From: Kondoa subrosea
Lineage: Eukaryota
DNA length: 64,000 nucleotides
Assembly (NCBI GenBank): GCA_039545335.1
Contig: BCIN01000006.1
Span: 930,001 to 994,000, forward strand
Direction of reading: 5' to 3'
Shown: positions 13,198 through 27,178 of the stretch, piece by piece
How positions within the stretch are numbered: the first letter of the stretch is position 1
Layout of the letters: every line of letters starts with the position of its first letter
The notes under the pieces: model-generated
Database searches by the model: none
Told to the model about the DNA's origin: nothing
The model's input: the letters and a program-made list of their open reading frames with translations, nothing else
Made by a program: the position numbers and the translations under genes

Positions 13198-14506
13198 TCT
13201 TGCAGTCTTGCGAATTATAAAAGAGTGTGAGATGTGAAAGAATGTGAGTTAAAAGAATGTGGGTTGGGATGAAGCGTCAAGCGTTGTTTGAAAGCAAATT
13301 TCAAACCAGGAATTGGACGAAGAGACAGGAAGAAAGAAGGCAGGCTAGCGAATAAATTATAATTGATACAGAACGAGAAAACAACAAGCAGGACGGGAAC
13401 AGGTTTTCAACGGCCAAGGGCTCCAACTTTAAACAGTCTTCAAACATGCTTGGCAAAAGGAGCGGGAGCCGCAGAACCAGTGATCTGCAGTACTGCAGCA
13501 AAGAGCCCAGAAGAGAGGAAGTCCCGGCAGTTCGGCTTTCTTGGTGCGCGTCTAGAGCTGCGTCTAGCTAATTGCATGAGACCGGATTGGAGAGGCCGAA
13601 AGCACTAAATTTCTTATGTTCAAGCATAATAGGGGCTGCATCTAGTTCTTCAAATTTGCATATCGCGAGTGTCGAATTTCATATCATCCTTGTCCTCAAG
13701 CAATTCGAAACAACAGATGCTCGACTAGACCTTGCCTCGCGCGGCCAAAGTCTTGCCTGTCCTTTGGCTCGAGACGGAACACAGAGCAGCAGATCGGAGT
13801 ATTATCGAAGTTGACATAGCTTCTGTCCCGTTTCGACATCCGGTCCATCAGACTTGAATCTGTTCCAGCTCGCCAACAAGGCACTTTCCACCAGAATCTT
13901 CTCATCGCAGCTTTCGCAGAAGGCCAAACTAACTCAGATTGTCCTCTGATAAAGAGCGAGTGATATTTTCTGTGCCCAGGCTGATGCTGATCTGATTAAA
14001 GTCTGTTGAAATCATCTTCGGGCCTTCCACTGCGCGATTTGGCAGCTTCGTAGCGTGCATTATTGCTGGCCCAGAATTATGCTCTCCGAAAGCTATTCAT
14101 GCTGATGAAGCATCAGGGCTAGTGCAAGTCTTCCGCTACCAGTTTTTTACGCAGCTCGACCTGACGACGAGACAGATTTGCTGAGAGATGCAGCTCATTC
14201 AGAGAGAATAAGGATGGATTTGCTGTTTAGGTAAATTTCTGGCTTCGAGCGGAAAACAACGGCGCGAAGAGGACAGGACGTAAGGTGATGAGCTGGCTAG
14301 CAGGGTCTACGAGATCGGTATGCTTTTTTACTGAGGGTATTTGCCTGCGAAGTCGAGACATCGCTTTTGACATGATGGTCACGAGTCAACCGATTCGCGA
14401 AAAACTGGCTCGAAGTCTAGCAATACTTATATACCGAGAGCCCTGTCATCATACACATACATACTCGAAACCCAAAGCCCTCAGTCATGTCAGTGACTCT
14501 TCCAGT

Positions 14507-15439
14507 CTAGGCCGACAATCCATTGCTGCAATACATGCTTTTGTAGATCGAAGCAGGGCAGAGAGAGGCCGTCCCCACGAGGAGACCAGTGCTAGGATTG
14601 TAATTGCCTGAGAAAAGGGTCTTTGGTCAAGCTGAGGGGTTCTCAAACACTGGAAGCGAACTTACAGGAAAGATCAATATTACCCATACGAGCATCATCT
14701 TCACTTGCTGAGTATGCGCAAAAAGTGAATCTGGAACTACAAGAGCAGAAAAAGGCTTCATCGGCATCTTTTTGCTCGTAAGTGTGCGCGAATATCCAAA
14801 CTCACCGAGTCGAGAAACCGAATTGAGAGCTTGCATACCATTCACCACTTCCTCCTTGCGTCCTTCTTGGACAGACAGTGTAACAATATTTACCAGTACT
14901 GGATGATTCGTCTAGTTGAGTTGCTGGACAATTGGCTGGTTGATTTCCCCAGGGTTCGCCAGAATCGGCCTGTATCATCATGAGATAAGCAAGGACTGTT
15001 TAAAGATGAAAGCACACACGTCATATGTACAGCTGTAGCTATAGTAGCTCATCTCGTAATCGCACTCAATCACACTACGACCACCGGTGACTGCTGTTCT
15101 AAAAGCCGATAGGTAATTGTCTGTGCAGTACCTCAGTCTTGAAGGGACGCAAGGATCGCAAAGACTTACTTGTGTAGCCAGTTGCAGGTGGAGGGCAATC
15201 CTGTTACGCGACACGTCGTCAAGCTTTTTCGACAGTCGATTTTAAACAATCGTTACCATATATTTAGATATAGTGACACCGGGAACTGTCGAAGACTGCG
15301 CTTGACGAGCGCTGAGACGTTTAGAGGCACCCATTCGAATATCGCGGGCGTTAACTTGACGCTGAGCGATGACTTCAGCCAAAGGAGCAGCAGAAGCCAG
15401 AAGAGCCGAGCAAGCAGTAATAAGAATAGTGATCTTCAT
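14507..15439 (-). CDS. Small secreted Cys-rich protein, copy 2 (tandem paralog)
   Basis: Same exon structure and all 10 Cys conserved: DCPPPATGYT...IECDY...SCTYDADSGEP...NCP...YCYTVCPRR...FCAYS...SCNYNPSTGL...LCPASIYKSMYCSNGLSA. Confidence 0.8.
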
Positions 15440-16232
15440 TCTTGTAGTCTTGTGAATTATAAAGGAGTGTAGAATGTAAAAGAGGGTGGAGATGTCAAAG
15501 AATGTGAGGTGGTGTGAAGCGTTGCTCGAGACGAAACTTCAAACACGTGATCGGTCGAAGTGAGTTGCAGAGAGAAAGGGAGAAGAAGGTAGAGAGCGAT
15601 AGCAGACACACAACGGGAAAACAAACAACAGCGTAAACGGGAAGCTTGAAGTATACCTTACGCCGGTCGTGGCTTCAAACTTTAAACGTGCTTGCAAGTT
15701 GGCAAAGCGAGTTGCAGCCGGTCACCAGTGATAGCAGCCATGCGCAGCAGAACTCCAGGAGAGCGCAGAAGAGTGAAAGATCAAATTCGCAATTCGGGAA
15801 TCTCGCTTTCAAGGTGATCGCACTGTTCAAGCGCGATAAGCAACAGATCCTCATGATCTGATGCTATAAGCGGTTCAGAGGCGGCATGCAGTCCTTCGAG
15901 TTCGCATATTGCGAATGTCCGTTTGGGATCTACCTTGTCCTCGTCACTTCGAAAGTTTCGAATGTGAATATTCCTCAAGTCCGCCTTGGAAACGCGCGGC
16001 AGACGACCTAGAGCTGTGACATGTGACGAAAATTGAAATGCAAATATACAAAAGGAATGCTTCAAGAACAACGAGGCACAACATTGCATGCATGCATACA
16101 TACATACAACAACACCAGATGCGATACAAAAGAATTACAGTGCGTATTAGAGAGTCGTGAAGTCGTGCTTGGTTCGTAGAAAGATTCGTGAAGGGTTCGT
16201 TAAGGTCTAGGCGGAAGAGAGGTGGTTCTTAT

Positions 16233-18121
16233 CTAAAATCGAGGTAGCCAAGTCGGTCTAAGTTGCTGTTCTAAGGAAGCTGTCGTATTACTTGATGTGC
16301 TTCTGCTGATATCTCCTTCACTACCTTCCGAAGCAATAGTAGAGAGTTTCCGAACCTGACAGATCATGATCAGTCAATATCACCAAAACTTTGCAGGTGT
16401 ACTCACTAGTCTGCCATCACTCATTCGCACAAACACTTTCTGCTTGATTGGTCTGACAGGTAACTCTGTCAAATTCTCTTCTTCACTCGAATTCGATCCT
16501 TCTCTTCTCAAATGGTGCGTAGGGTAAGAGCTTGAGGGTAAGAAGCTTTCACCAACCATGGAAGAAGCTTCAGAGTATGTTCTCCCTCTCTGTTGTTCTG
16601 ATGGATCGACTTCGAAAGATTCTTCACTGTATTCCCTCCAGGAAGAATCGGAAGCTTGATCCCCTCCTTCAAGAGAAGCGGTTTTAGTGAGAGGTTGTAA
16701 ACTTGTTGCATCGCTTTCACTTCTTTTCCTGTTGGAACCGATACTGCCTAACAGATCTCGGAAAGATTGATCTTTGATAGGAGATTGTTGTGAAGAGAAA
16801 GAAAGGTTAGCAGGTGAACGAGGTTGATAATCTGGATGAAGAGCATTTTGATGGTAACGAGTATGGAGAGGAGGTGGCGCATCTAGATCATCCGGCATTT
16901 GCACGCATGAGGATGTATAGCTTGCAATCTTTCTTTCCCTATGTTCTCGCATTAGAGGTTCTTCGGTCGCTTTAGGAGTCGATTCCGCAGTCTTGACTCC
17001 TAAAAACCAGCATGCAGTGTTCCATAACCATCCACCAGTAGAGGTAGAAGCTGGAGGTTCGCAAGGTAGTTCCTTTTCGTTCGTTTCTTCAATTTCAGCT
17101 TCTGAGAGCAAGCGACGTTCTTCAGGCATATGCGGTAAAATGCTGCCTTTTCGCCTGAGTGCTTCCAGATCGCTTTCGTTGAGCATAACGATCGTAGCTG
17201 AATGTCGAGCGAGGATAGTTTGGACTTCAGTAGATTGCAGTAATTTTTCATCTTCACCTGTTGGAATGATAAGAGCGACAGAAAGACTTTTGTAGAATTG
17301 CTTGAGGCATTGAAACCAGAGTGCCTGTAACATCTAATCAGGTCGATTAATTCAATGAATACAGGAAGGACCAACACCGATAATAGTAGTAATAAGGAAC
17401 CGGAACGCAATAGCAGCTAGCCACCATGCGATACTAGGACTTCTCTTGCCAGGACATTCCTTCATGTTCATTTTCCAAACCACACTGAGTCCCCAATTAT
17501 CACATCGTTCCGCCATCTCCTTCTTCCAAACACAAGCCAAGATGAAGTTCATGCCCACTAGAGTGAGTTGCATGACCACTGTCAAAGCAGCGGAAAAGAG
17601 AATAGGTTTGGAAGCGAATGTAGGTCGCCGAGTGTATCTTAGCCAGAACATGACGAAGATTGAAAAGAGAGTAGAAACTGCTGATAGGACTATTTCCACT
17701 AAAGAGATCTTCCATTTTGAATCTTGTTGTTCGAGAGTAACGATAGCTATTATTCCTTCCGCCGTACTGTTCCAAAACAAATCAGGTATGAACCTAAATG
17801 AGGAGGAGGAACAATGTCAAAGACTGACAACCATGCACAACAACCCATTGTAATAAGAGTGAGACATCCACTGAAAGCTGCCAACTTTCTTCTCCTTGTT
17901 CGAGCTTTCGCATGTCGGATTCGATGCAACTCATTAACAATCAATTCTCTATCTGGTCCTTGAATTCCAACCGTTCTTGATAAAGGTGTGACATCTTGAT
18001 TCAATGAATGAGATTCAGCGTATTGGTATGCGTCCAGTGGTAAGAGGGAAGAGAAAGTAGGTTGTCCAATTGTAAGGGGTGAATCGCTCGCTTGTTCATA
18101 ATCTTTAGCGCTGACGTCCAT
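16233..18121 (-). CDS. Uncharacterised multi-pass membrane protein with a long disordered Ser-rich C-terminus
   Basis: Start MDVSAKDY; about 4-5 hydrophobic segments in the 17352-17880 exons; tail ending FVRMSDGRL|VRKLSTIASE...WLPRF. Confidence 0.65.
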
Positions 18122-18507
18122 TCTTGTTTGAATACTAGGATTTGGATGGTATGAGAACAAACAGGAAGAAGACTTTGGTCCACTACTTGTATTCCTCAAA
18201 GGCAGAAACGTCCAAAGTAGCCTCCTATGCTTTTACCGAGTTTGAGAAGACGTCACTGATGTCGTAGGCTGGGGTCGTAAGTCGTTGAATGACATTGCTT
18301 GGATACAAGTTGTTAGAAGCTCTTGCTCTTGGTTGCTTGGGTAAGAGTGAAATAAATAGATGGCTGGAAGTTCTTTTATTTCTTCGCGTCATAGCGTGTC
18401 ACGTCCTTCTGGAGCGCGTCAAAAGGTAGAGTACACATACAGAACGCATACAGTTGCATCTAGAAATACATCCGAGCAAATACAACCCAGAAATCATAAA
18501 ATCAAAA

Positions 18508-19294
18508 CTACTCTGAGTAGTCCCACAAGCGATTCGTCACTGCAAAGGCTTCTTGTTGCCGCGATATCTTGCAGGACAGAGTATGTACTTCATTCTTCGA
18601 CGACGAACCTGCTCTAAGGTGATCAGATTCGATTCACATAAGATGGCCTTCGACTGACTGATTAGCATTTTCTCATATACTCCTTGATCTGAAGGTACAG
18701 GCGTGAATCCGAGATCTCGATATATCTTGAGCCTCAACCTTCAATACAGTCCATCAGCGTAATTCACTTCCTTCTGATTGACACCTTTGCTCACACTTCC
18801 GCTATTCCCTGCTGACCTTCCGCTTCCAGTAAAGCGCTGCCATCACTCTCAACCTCATCAAAGCCTTTGACCTCATCTTTCTTTCTAGCCAATTGAGCTT
18901 CCAAAGCACCTAGATCCGATTCCAAGCTTGCAATCACTTTCGCTAACCCATATTTGGCTGTATCCAGTTGTTGCACTTTCTCTCGATGTTGCTTTTCTGA
19001 TGGAACGTGCGTAGGTCTAACAGAAGCTTGTTTTTGTAATTCGTACTGTCTAGCTAATGCTGTCCATCGCCAATACCTCAATCAGCTAAATTGTGATGAG
19101 AGTATTCAACAAGACGAACCTCGTAGTATATCACGTTGAGAATCTAGTTCCTTTTGTCGTTTTTGTTGTGCTGCGCTGAGAGCAGATTGGACTTGAGTAA
19201 TTTTATCAACATCATCCGTCGCGCCTTGGGAGAATAGAGTGACTGTGTTGCGGGCTACTTCAATCAAGGCGTGCAATTGCTGTTGTTCCGCCAT
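18508..19294 (-). CDS. SPC24: Kinetochore Ndc80-complex subunit Spc24
   Basis: Coiled coil KYGLAKVIASLESDL, then LRLKIYRDLGF and C-terminal NEVHTL...VTNRLWDY, typical of the Spc24 globular domain. Confidence 0.8.
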
Positions 19295-19819
19295 GGTTAC
19301 AGCACGCGTATAGACTGTTTGCTTCTTGTTGAAATGCGAGCCGTAACGAAATTGAGGTCGAACCCAGACAAGCAGGACAAGACTGCTGATCTGATGAAGG
19401 CCAAGATCTAATCAAGTGCTGGACATAGCAAGCACTGCGATCATCAACACCTCGAGTTGGTCGGTCGGCGTGTATAAAGAGCGCTGAGCTTGAATTGTCT
19501 TTTGTTCTCAATATCGGCGGTCGGCGTCTCTCTAACGGTGATCTGTCACCTCTGCGCCCTTGCAGTACGACCAATTGTGCATCCTAGCGAACACTTGCAT
19601 TGAACTGCACATCTTTTGTTACCGGTCATCTCACTGCTTAAATACGAAGCCTCTAAATTCTGTCCCTTATTCCTATTACCACTTGCGCTACTACCAAACG
19701 CTCTTTAGGAGTCCTTTCCTTTTTCTCCTGTTCCCGAATTATTCTTTAGAGTGAAATGTATGCCGAACTTTCACGTAAAGATATGAATCCAGCTCATTGA
19801 TTCTCAGCTCGCTATAAGT

Positions 19820-20974
19820 ATGGATTATACAGCTTTAAAAGCCTTGTCGAGTGGCCAGCTGCCGCAGAAGGATATGTTGGAAGCCTCGGCTCTTGCTGCA
19901 GAAATCATGTCCGTGCATCCCTCACATACTCTGTCCCACTACTTACCAGCAATTACCAGCAAGTGCTGCAGACGGGGACTAAAGAGTGAAGACTGGACAC
20001 CATGGCGTAAATGTATTGGCGTGGCGATGGGAAAACACTTTCATCTTTGTCATGGTACTGCAGCAATAGCAACACGACTTGTACTTGCAAGCGACTTCAC
20101 TCTCTTGGTGAAGCAATTCGAAATTACAGTGGCCGCTGGGATGGATGGGATGGAAGAAGTTCAGCAAATCGAAGGTTGTTTCTATGCTCTTCAAGTCATC
20201 TCGCTTCAAATCATTACTCTCCGAAAATGTCCACTGGATCTCATTCAGCGCTTCTTCACCAGTAGTATGGACATATATACTATGTGGTTAACCTACCTCT
20301 GTAATCAAGGTTATCCCACGACCGGTCCTCAAATTGCAAAAGCTCCTTTCGATAGCCTACTCACTAGCTGTTCATTGTCCATGGCTATCTTCTCCGATCT
20401 TATGTTACGGCATCCTTCAGTTTCGTACAACTTTCACCGCAAGATTCAGCTCAACAGCGAGCTCAGCATCTCGTTGGCACATATCCTGAATTATTACATG
20501 AAGAACAGCGATAGCTTATCACACGAAGGTCCAATAGCTTTAATTATTGCGGCTTCGCAACCCGCACCTGATATTCCAAACATTAAAAAGAAAGTCAAAC
20601 TAGCTTTAGCGTCGTCGTTGTCGTCACCGAAAGAAAAGATGGAAGCAGCAGGAATAGTATCAAACCGGTTTCTCAATGCTTTCGTCATTGAAATATGTGT
20701 CTGTTGTGGCAAGTATCATAAGATTTCGAACGAGGAGAACGAAAGTCGATTCAGACTCTGTTCTTACTGCTCGTTCGCTATGTAGTGAGTTAATCCCGTA
20801 AAGCCTCTCATGTTTATAGCGTGCTAAATTAATGCATCAGCTGCTCTACTGAGTGCCAGAAGAATCACTGGAAGCAAAATCACAAAGCCGTGCGTCTTTG
20901 AGAGCACAAGCGTCTTGCTTTACCGATGCCGACATTCTCATTTGTAGGCATGTAGCAGGATCTGTAAGGCTTGA
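19820..20974 (+). CDS. MYND-type zinc finger protein
   Basis: C-terminal CVCCGK...RLCSYCSFAMY|CSTECQKNHWKQNHKA|AC reconstructed across two introns. Confidence 0.8.
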
Positions 20975-21333
20975 TGAACTATGGGATATTAGGTAAGAGT
21001 GATATACCACGTCTGTACTAGGAATCTCCTACATATGCCCCGTGTCGTTCGTATCATAAAGTCATCGACATAGCTGCTCACACATGTATACATATGGAAA
21101 TTCAATAACATTTGTTCAAATATATACACGAAAATACTACAACGTTCGCCCTACAATCGCAAATGCTAATCTTCACAAATTTGCAAGACCAAAGCAAACC
21201 CCTTCAATGCATCTGTTAACCTGAATGAGAGGTAGCATTGCCAGTTCTGTGCAAAAGAATCAGAATGTGATATGCCGACAGGCAGTGATGGGTTGCACTC
21301 ACATCTCCATGCCACCCTTCCACTCTAGCCCGT

Positions 21334-22433
21334 TTACTGATCCAACGCACCCATAATCTCCGGACCAGGAACAGTAAAGCAAATGCTGTCCACCAATTGA
21401 GCAGCCATCAAACAAGTTCCTCTAATATCGTATCTGAATCCCATCCTATCATTTCTTTCCCTTTGTTCATCCCATTCTTTCATTTCATGAGCATGTTGAA
21501 CTCTTTCTATTGCTCTATATGGTCTCAGAGGGGTAGACACAGATGATTTAGTAGTCTTCAGTAGAGTGGTGATAAGTAAATGTGAAGCGTGCTGAGCGGG
21601 ATGGGAGAGTAAAGGAGGTTGTTTTGGTGAAGTAGGAGCGAAAGGAGTGACTAGAAGTTTCATAGGGTAAGAAAGAATGGATTCGGTTTGGAATGGAGGT
21701 GGATGATGGGTCTTGAAGACCAAATCATGACCCCGGGACCAAGGTGATTCTTTTGACCATTTCAAGAAAAGGACTTCGCAGTCGCCAAAGTATTCCATTA
21801 GGCTTTTATCGCGAATTGAGCAACGAAGAGGAAAGAAGACTAAATGACTCACCTGCTGCCGCCGGTCAATACCGCACTCGCTTGGACAAGAGTGCCAAAT
21901 AGATTTGACTGCCAATCATTGTATCCCTCTTGCCTCAGTTCAGCACGCCAATCTTTCCTCGCATTTGCATGACCAGAATAGCTTGTCAAGAACTTGGAAG
22001 AGAAAGAAATGCCTTCGAGGTTAGGAAGAACAGGTCGATCTAGACCAGGATGAAGACATAGTATAGCCATTGCTCTTGCTAAACGATCCAATGAGATGAC
22101 CAGAGGTATAACGAAATTGAGAGAGATATGATGCACGTTTGGACTGATTCGAGCTCGAAGCGCTGAATCATCTCGAATCCGTTCCAGTTCCGAGAAGGAG
22201 TAGATAGTAATATCTTTCGACAACTCTGGCATATGCTTGAAGCTGGCCAGACGAAATCCGCGACAGGTTGAAGCAAAATTGACGAGATCTGATTTACTCG
22301 TGCCTCTTCGCAAAGGATTGACAAATGCTGGGCCATGCGAAGGAGCTGCTGCAGGAACATGACTGGCATTGATTGCGACAAAGTCAGAGATCTCCTCGAT
22401 CAGCTGTAGGAGATTGAGAGAGACTCGTGTCAT
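21334..22433 (-). CDS. F-box-like hypothetical protein
   Basis: LIEEISDFV...DLVNFASTCRGFR; LPNLEGISF; a GTGAGT...AAAG intron joins the two ORFs; 3' end uncertain. Confidence 0.5.
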
Positions 22434-22686
22434 ATAAGCGCGGGGCTCACTTCTATAGGCAAGTCATTGATCGTTGCATACTTGGACGCCTTCTCCTTCG
22501 GGTAGCCTTTGTTAAAGTCCATACGGGATGTGCAGCGAAGCGGATCTTTCGAAGTTTGGGACAAGCTTGACGAATGACAAATATGATGAAGCAGAATCTA
22601 GGAGTCGGAAGAAGTATGAATGCCATAATAGATCTACTGTACAAGCGTAGCACGAAAGTGTCCAACTGCGATTGCATCTATCATTT

Positions 22687-25542
22687 CTAATTCTTGCGCT
22701 GACCTGGGTAAACTGTACGATGACAATTATATAGTATTCCAGGAAGAATGCTATGGAACTGACCCGGGAGATGCGTTTGACTTGAGGAAGTGGCTGCAGT
22801 GACTGGCGGATGCATAGTTCCGGGTGCAGCAGGCACATACCCTGGAGGCCCACGAGCAGTACTCCTCGCCAAATGAGCAGGCATCTCATGAACAGTCACG
22901 CTTGGTACTTCAGCGACTGCAGGATCGACGACATTATTGTGGAAAGGAGTCCTGCATAGCAATCAGCAAGAAAGTGACAGCGTGAGACTAGTCAGACCTC
23001 ATGTGATTGACATCGGGGTGATAGCCATAGTACCCAGTAGGTCTTTGATTGGCAGCTGTCAAAAGATTTAATGAACTAGTATCACTGAGTATGGAAACAT
23101 TCGCTTACGGATATGCGAATGCGGAACCTTTTGCCCCTCAGCTATGTGGGTGAAGTAATTATCAAGGTACTGAGCAGTCTTGTTCGTGTTCAGGTACTCG
23201 GCAACGCTAGCAGGAAGAGGGATAGGGCCCTTCGCAGGAAAAGCGGGCTTTCTTTCCTCAATGGGCTTCGAGGAGAAGAAATTTGTGGTTGTCATTTCAT
23301 CCGATCGATCCTTGGTGACTGAATCGTGCGTAAGCAGCGTAAGAACAGGACGCGCATTCGACTGACCAGGTTCGAGAATTCGTAGTGCATACTCTTCTCG
23401 ATAGTCCAAGGTGTAGTTCTGCTTTGCAAAGTTCATCTTTGCTTCTTTCTGCTGCTTCTCGAATTGGTAGGGCGATATGCACTGTTCAGAAGAGCAGGTA
23501 ATGTGGGCACTTAACTCCTTGATACGAGGAGTGACAGATGCTGCTTACATCAACCATGTCTCCGACAGTCTTATCGGAATCTAAAGCTTCGATGACATTG
23601 TTCTCGCCAGTTAGGTGAATGAAAGCAATGAAGACGAATCCGGGCCCAAATCTGCCCAAGAAATTCAGCTTGTAAAGCGAATTTGTAAAGACAGCTGTAC
23701 TTAGGATGCTTCTTGTTGGTCTTGTCATTCTTATTGATCACCCCAAGTCTATCCTTGCACTCTTTGACTATCGGAGCAAAAATGGTCACATCAAAAGCGT
23801 GCCAAATGACACATGCGGAAGGACGCACTCGTGAGCCAGAGGGGACTGTCATCCAATCTTCTTGCACCGTATGGAGCTGGTCCAGCAGTGACTAGAAGCC
23901 AACTGAGTCAAAATCGTTCTAGCGTCTGGTAGGCACTTACAAACATAGAACAGAACTGGTCGCTGTAGATCCCCTGTCCGCGCGTGATCTGGTCATGTGA
24001 TGTGAGTCTTTACTTAATTTATCAGGAACTTAGGACTCACTTGTGACATATGTAGCCAGCACTCGGTTCAAGGCAGACGCGAGGAGCCTTTCATCTGTCT
24101 GAGAGGGTTGCGCGGCGACAGTATCGAGTCTATGCATAAATGCCTCAGCGGAACCAGGGCTGGCGAGGACTGTGTGGTTTTGCTGATCGAGAGATCTAAG
24201 CGCTCGTAAAGGCAGTTATTCAAGCAGAGCAAGCTTACGCCGCGTTCATATTTGCCAGAATCTGGATGCGACACAATTGCAATCAGCTATTACCACTGGA
24301 AGCTCTTCATCGATCACTCACTGACTAGATCAGGGACATGCGACCCCACCTTTTGCAGGTGAACGATCTCCCTAGAGTGTACGTACTGGACCTAGTATAC
24401 GGACTCAATCAAGCTGTCGTTGCGGCACTGGACTACAGGGCGACGTACCTCGATGTCCGTTTGGGTAGCTGCCGCAAAATCTGAGATCAGTCTAGCCGCA
24501 GTATGCAAGTTCTGTCGGGGTGTTGAAAACTCGTTGCTGGGCGTCATTCCTGCGCCATCCTTGCTAGTAGCTCCCAAAGCACCCTCACTACGATGAATGA
24601 GCACGTACAATTCGCATTAGCGAGCGAGCAACTCACTCTATTAGGAAGACGGTGTCGTATGCAAGCTTCATGATCAAATCAACGCCACCGATGCCGGGAA
24701 CAGTCCTATGGCTATGCAAATTGATTGTGTATATCAGTCTCATGCAGCTGGAACAAGATCATGACCTGCAGTACGCACCTGAGCTTGAAACCATGATGCA
24801 AAGAGAAGTCTACGACGATTCGGATGTATTTACGAATGAGATCCTGTTTGAAGTTGTCATCGAACTTTTGATCTATTGCAATAGTGATTAGCTTCAGAGC
24901 ACAGGATTGCTGAACATGGAAGCTCGATCCCTGCCCTTACCTCTAATGTAGCCCATATCTCGCTTAGGGTTGCTGAAAAGGTAACAAAGCAAGGCGTAGG
25001 CATGCTCAACGACGGCCTCTCCTTTAGGACAAGCTGTCTCGGCATTCACTGTTGGAGACAAAAAGGTAATAAGCGAGAGTCAGAGCCAGGTCCGGCGCTA
25101 CACGCACAATGACTAGCTATAAAATTGGGCGCAGTCGACGGCCAAATTCCTTCATGATCTTTGATCATTTTGGTGTATTCCTGGTGAGGACAGAGGAAAT
25201 TTCTGTTGACGAGTCTAACGGTCCACTCAGCGAACGCTTCTTTTAAGCCTTCGTCGTGCATATTATCTGACACCAGTTCTAGTGAGGAAGCTTCCTCGAC
25301 AAAGGGAAATGAGATTTACCATAATGCTTCAAATATGCTGGATTACGGAGTAAACCTTCAACATTAAGATTGAATTGGTTTCCTTCATGATCCGTATGCT
25401 GCAAATAGGCCTGAGCCAAAGTCGTTGCGTCGGCAGGAGGATTCCATTTAGGCGCTTGAATCTTGTTCTGCAAGCTTTGTAGCTTTCCGCGAAAGCCTTC
25501 GCCGCGATTCGAGTTGGTCAAGCTAGATTTCAGACGGTTCAT
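22687..25542 (-). CDS. Divergent vWA-domain protein with degenerate MIDAS (paralog of the gene at 69-2262); many exons
   Basis: Hand-spliced DLIMKLAYDTVFLIDEGAL, LLASALNRVLATY, ARTGDLQRPVLFYVFTAG, KFGPGFVFIAFIHL and ALDSDKTVGDMVDCISPYQFE are collinear with DLVKLALFDTILYLDDSGS, AQSGQLQKPVLIIVVTDG, RYGADAISVQLAQV and IDENPIIGGMVDCTSNYEQE. Confidence 0.7.
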
Positions 25543-26040
25543 CTTCAGCCTTAGAGTATATAGTATATAGTAGAGGGGATAAATATAAGATGTTATTCGA
25601 TATGATGGAAGCAGAAAGAGGTTGGTGAAGACAGAGAGGAGAAGAGCGCAAAATCAGCGATTTTGATCATGCTATTCAAAGGGAATCGTTAGCCAAAATG
25701 ATGACGAAAATGAGAGAGGCTTCATGAGCTGAACATAGGGAAAGACAACAGAAGAAACCGACCAATTCAAGCAAATTCAAGCAACTCAAAGCAGTATATC
25801 TTAGCGCCCTACGCAGCAGAGAACAATAGGGTAGCCAGACAGTCCCAAATGACAATCCCAAATAACAATTCCCATTCGCGGCGCAGACAAGTTTGCAGGC
25901 AGAGGACGGCAGATCCAACCCATTACATGGGACTTCGTAAGCACATTACAGCAGCACGCATAGCAGAGCAAAAGAAAGAGGCTTGCAAATGGAAGTCCAG
26001 GTCAAAGAAACTCCGGAATAAGTTATTTCTCTATACAACC

Positions 26041-27178
<1,138 letters not shown>

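Larger units (their letters stand above)
12040..16010. repeat. Tandem segmental duplication, units about 12040-13760 and 14300-16010
   Basis: Alignable CDS, introns, upstream blocks (aactttaaac, accagtgat, gcatat.gcga.tgtc, ccttgtcctc) and downstream blocks (tgcctgcga, tcgaaacccaaag); boundaries approximate. Confidence 0.8.

Noticed and set aside
13696..14280. Spacer between the duplicated units, with a 69-aa ORF and a small CTGATG/CATCAG hairpin
   Set aside because: No terminal repeats, target-site duplication or transposase similarity seen
21334..22433. Apparent frameshifts between overlapping ORFs (also at 2409/2831 and 4291/5208)
   Set aside because: Each is explained by an ordinary short intron, so neither pseudogene nor programmed frameshift is needed
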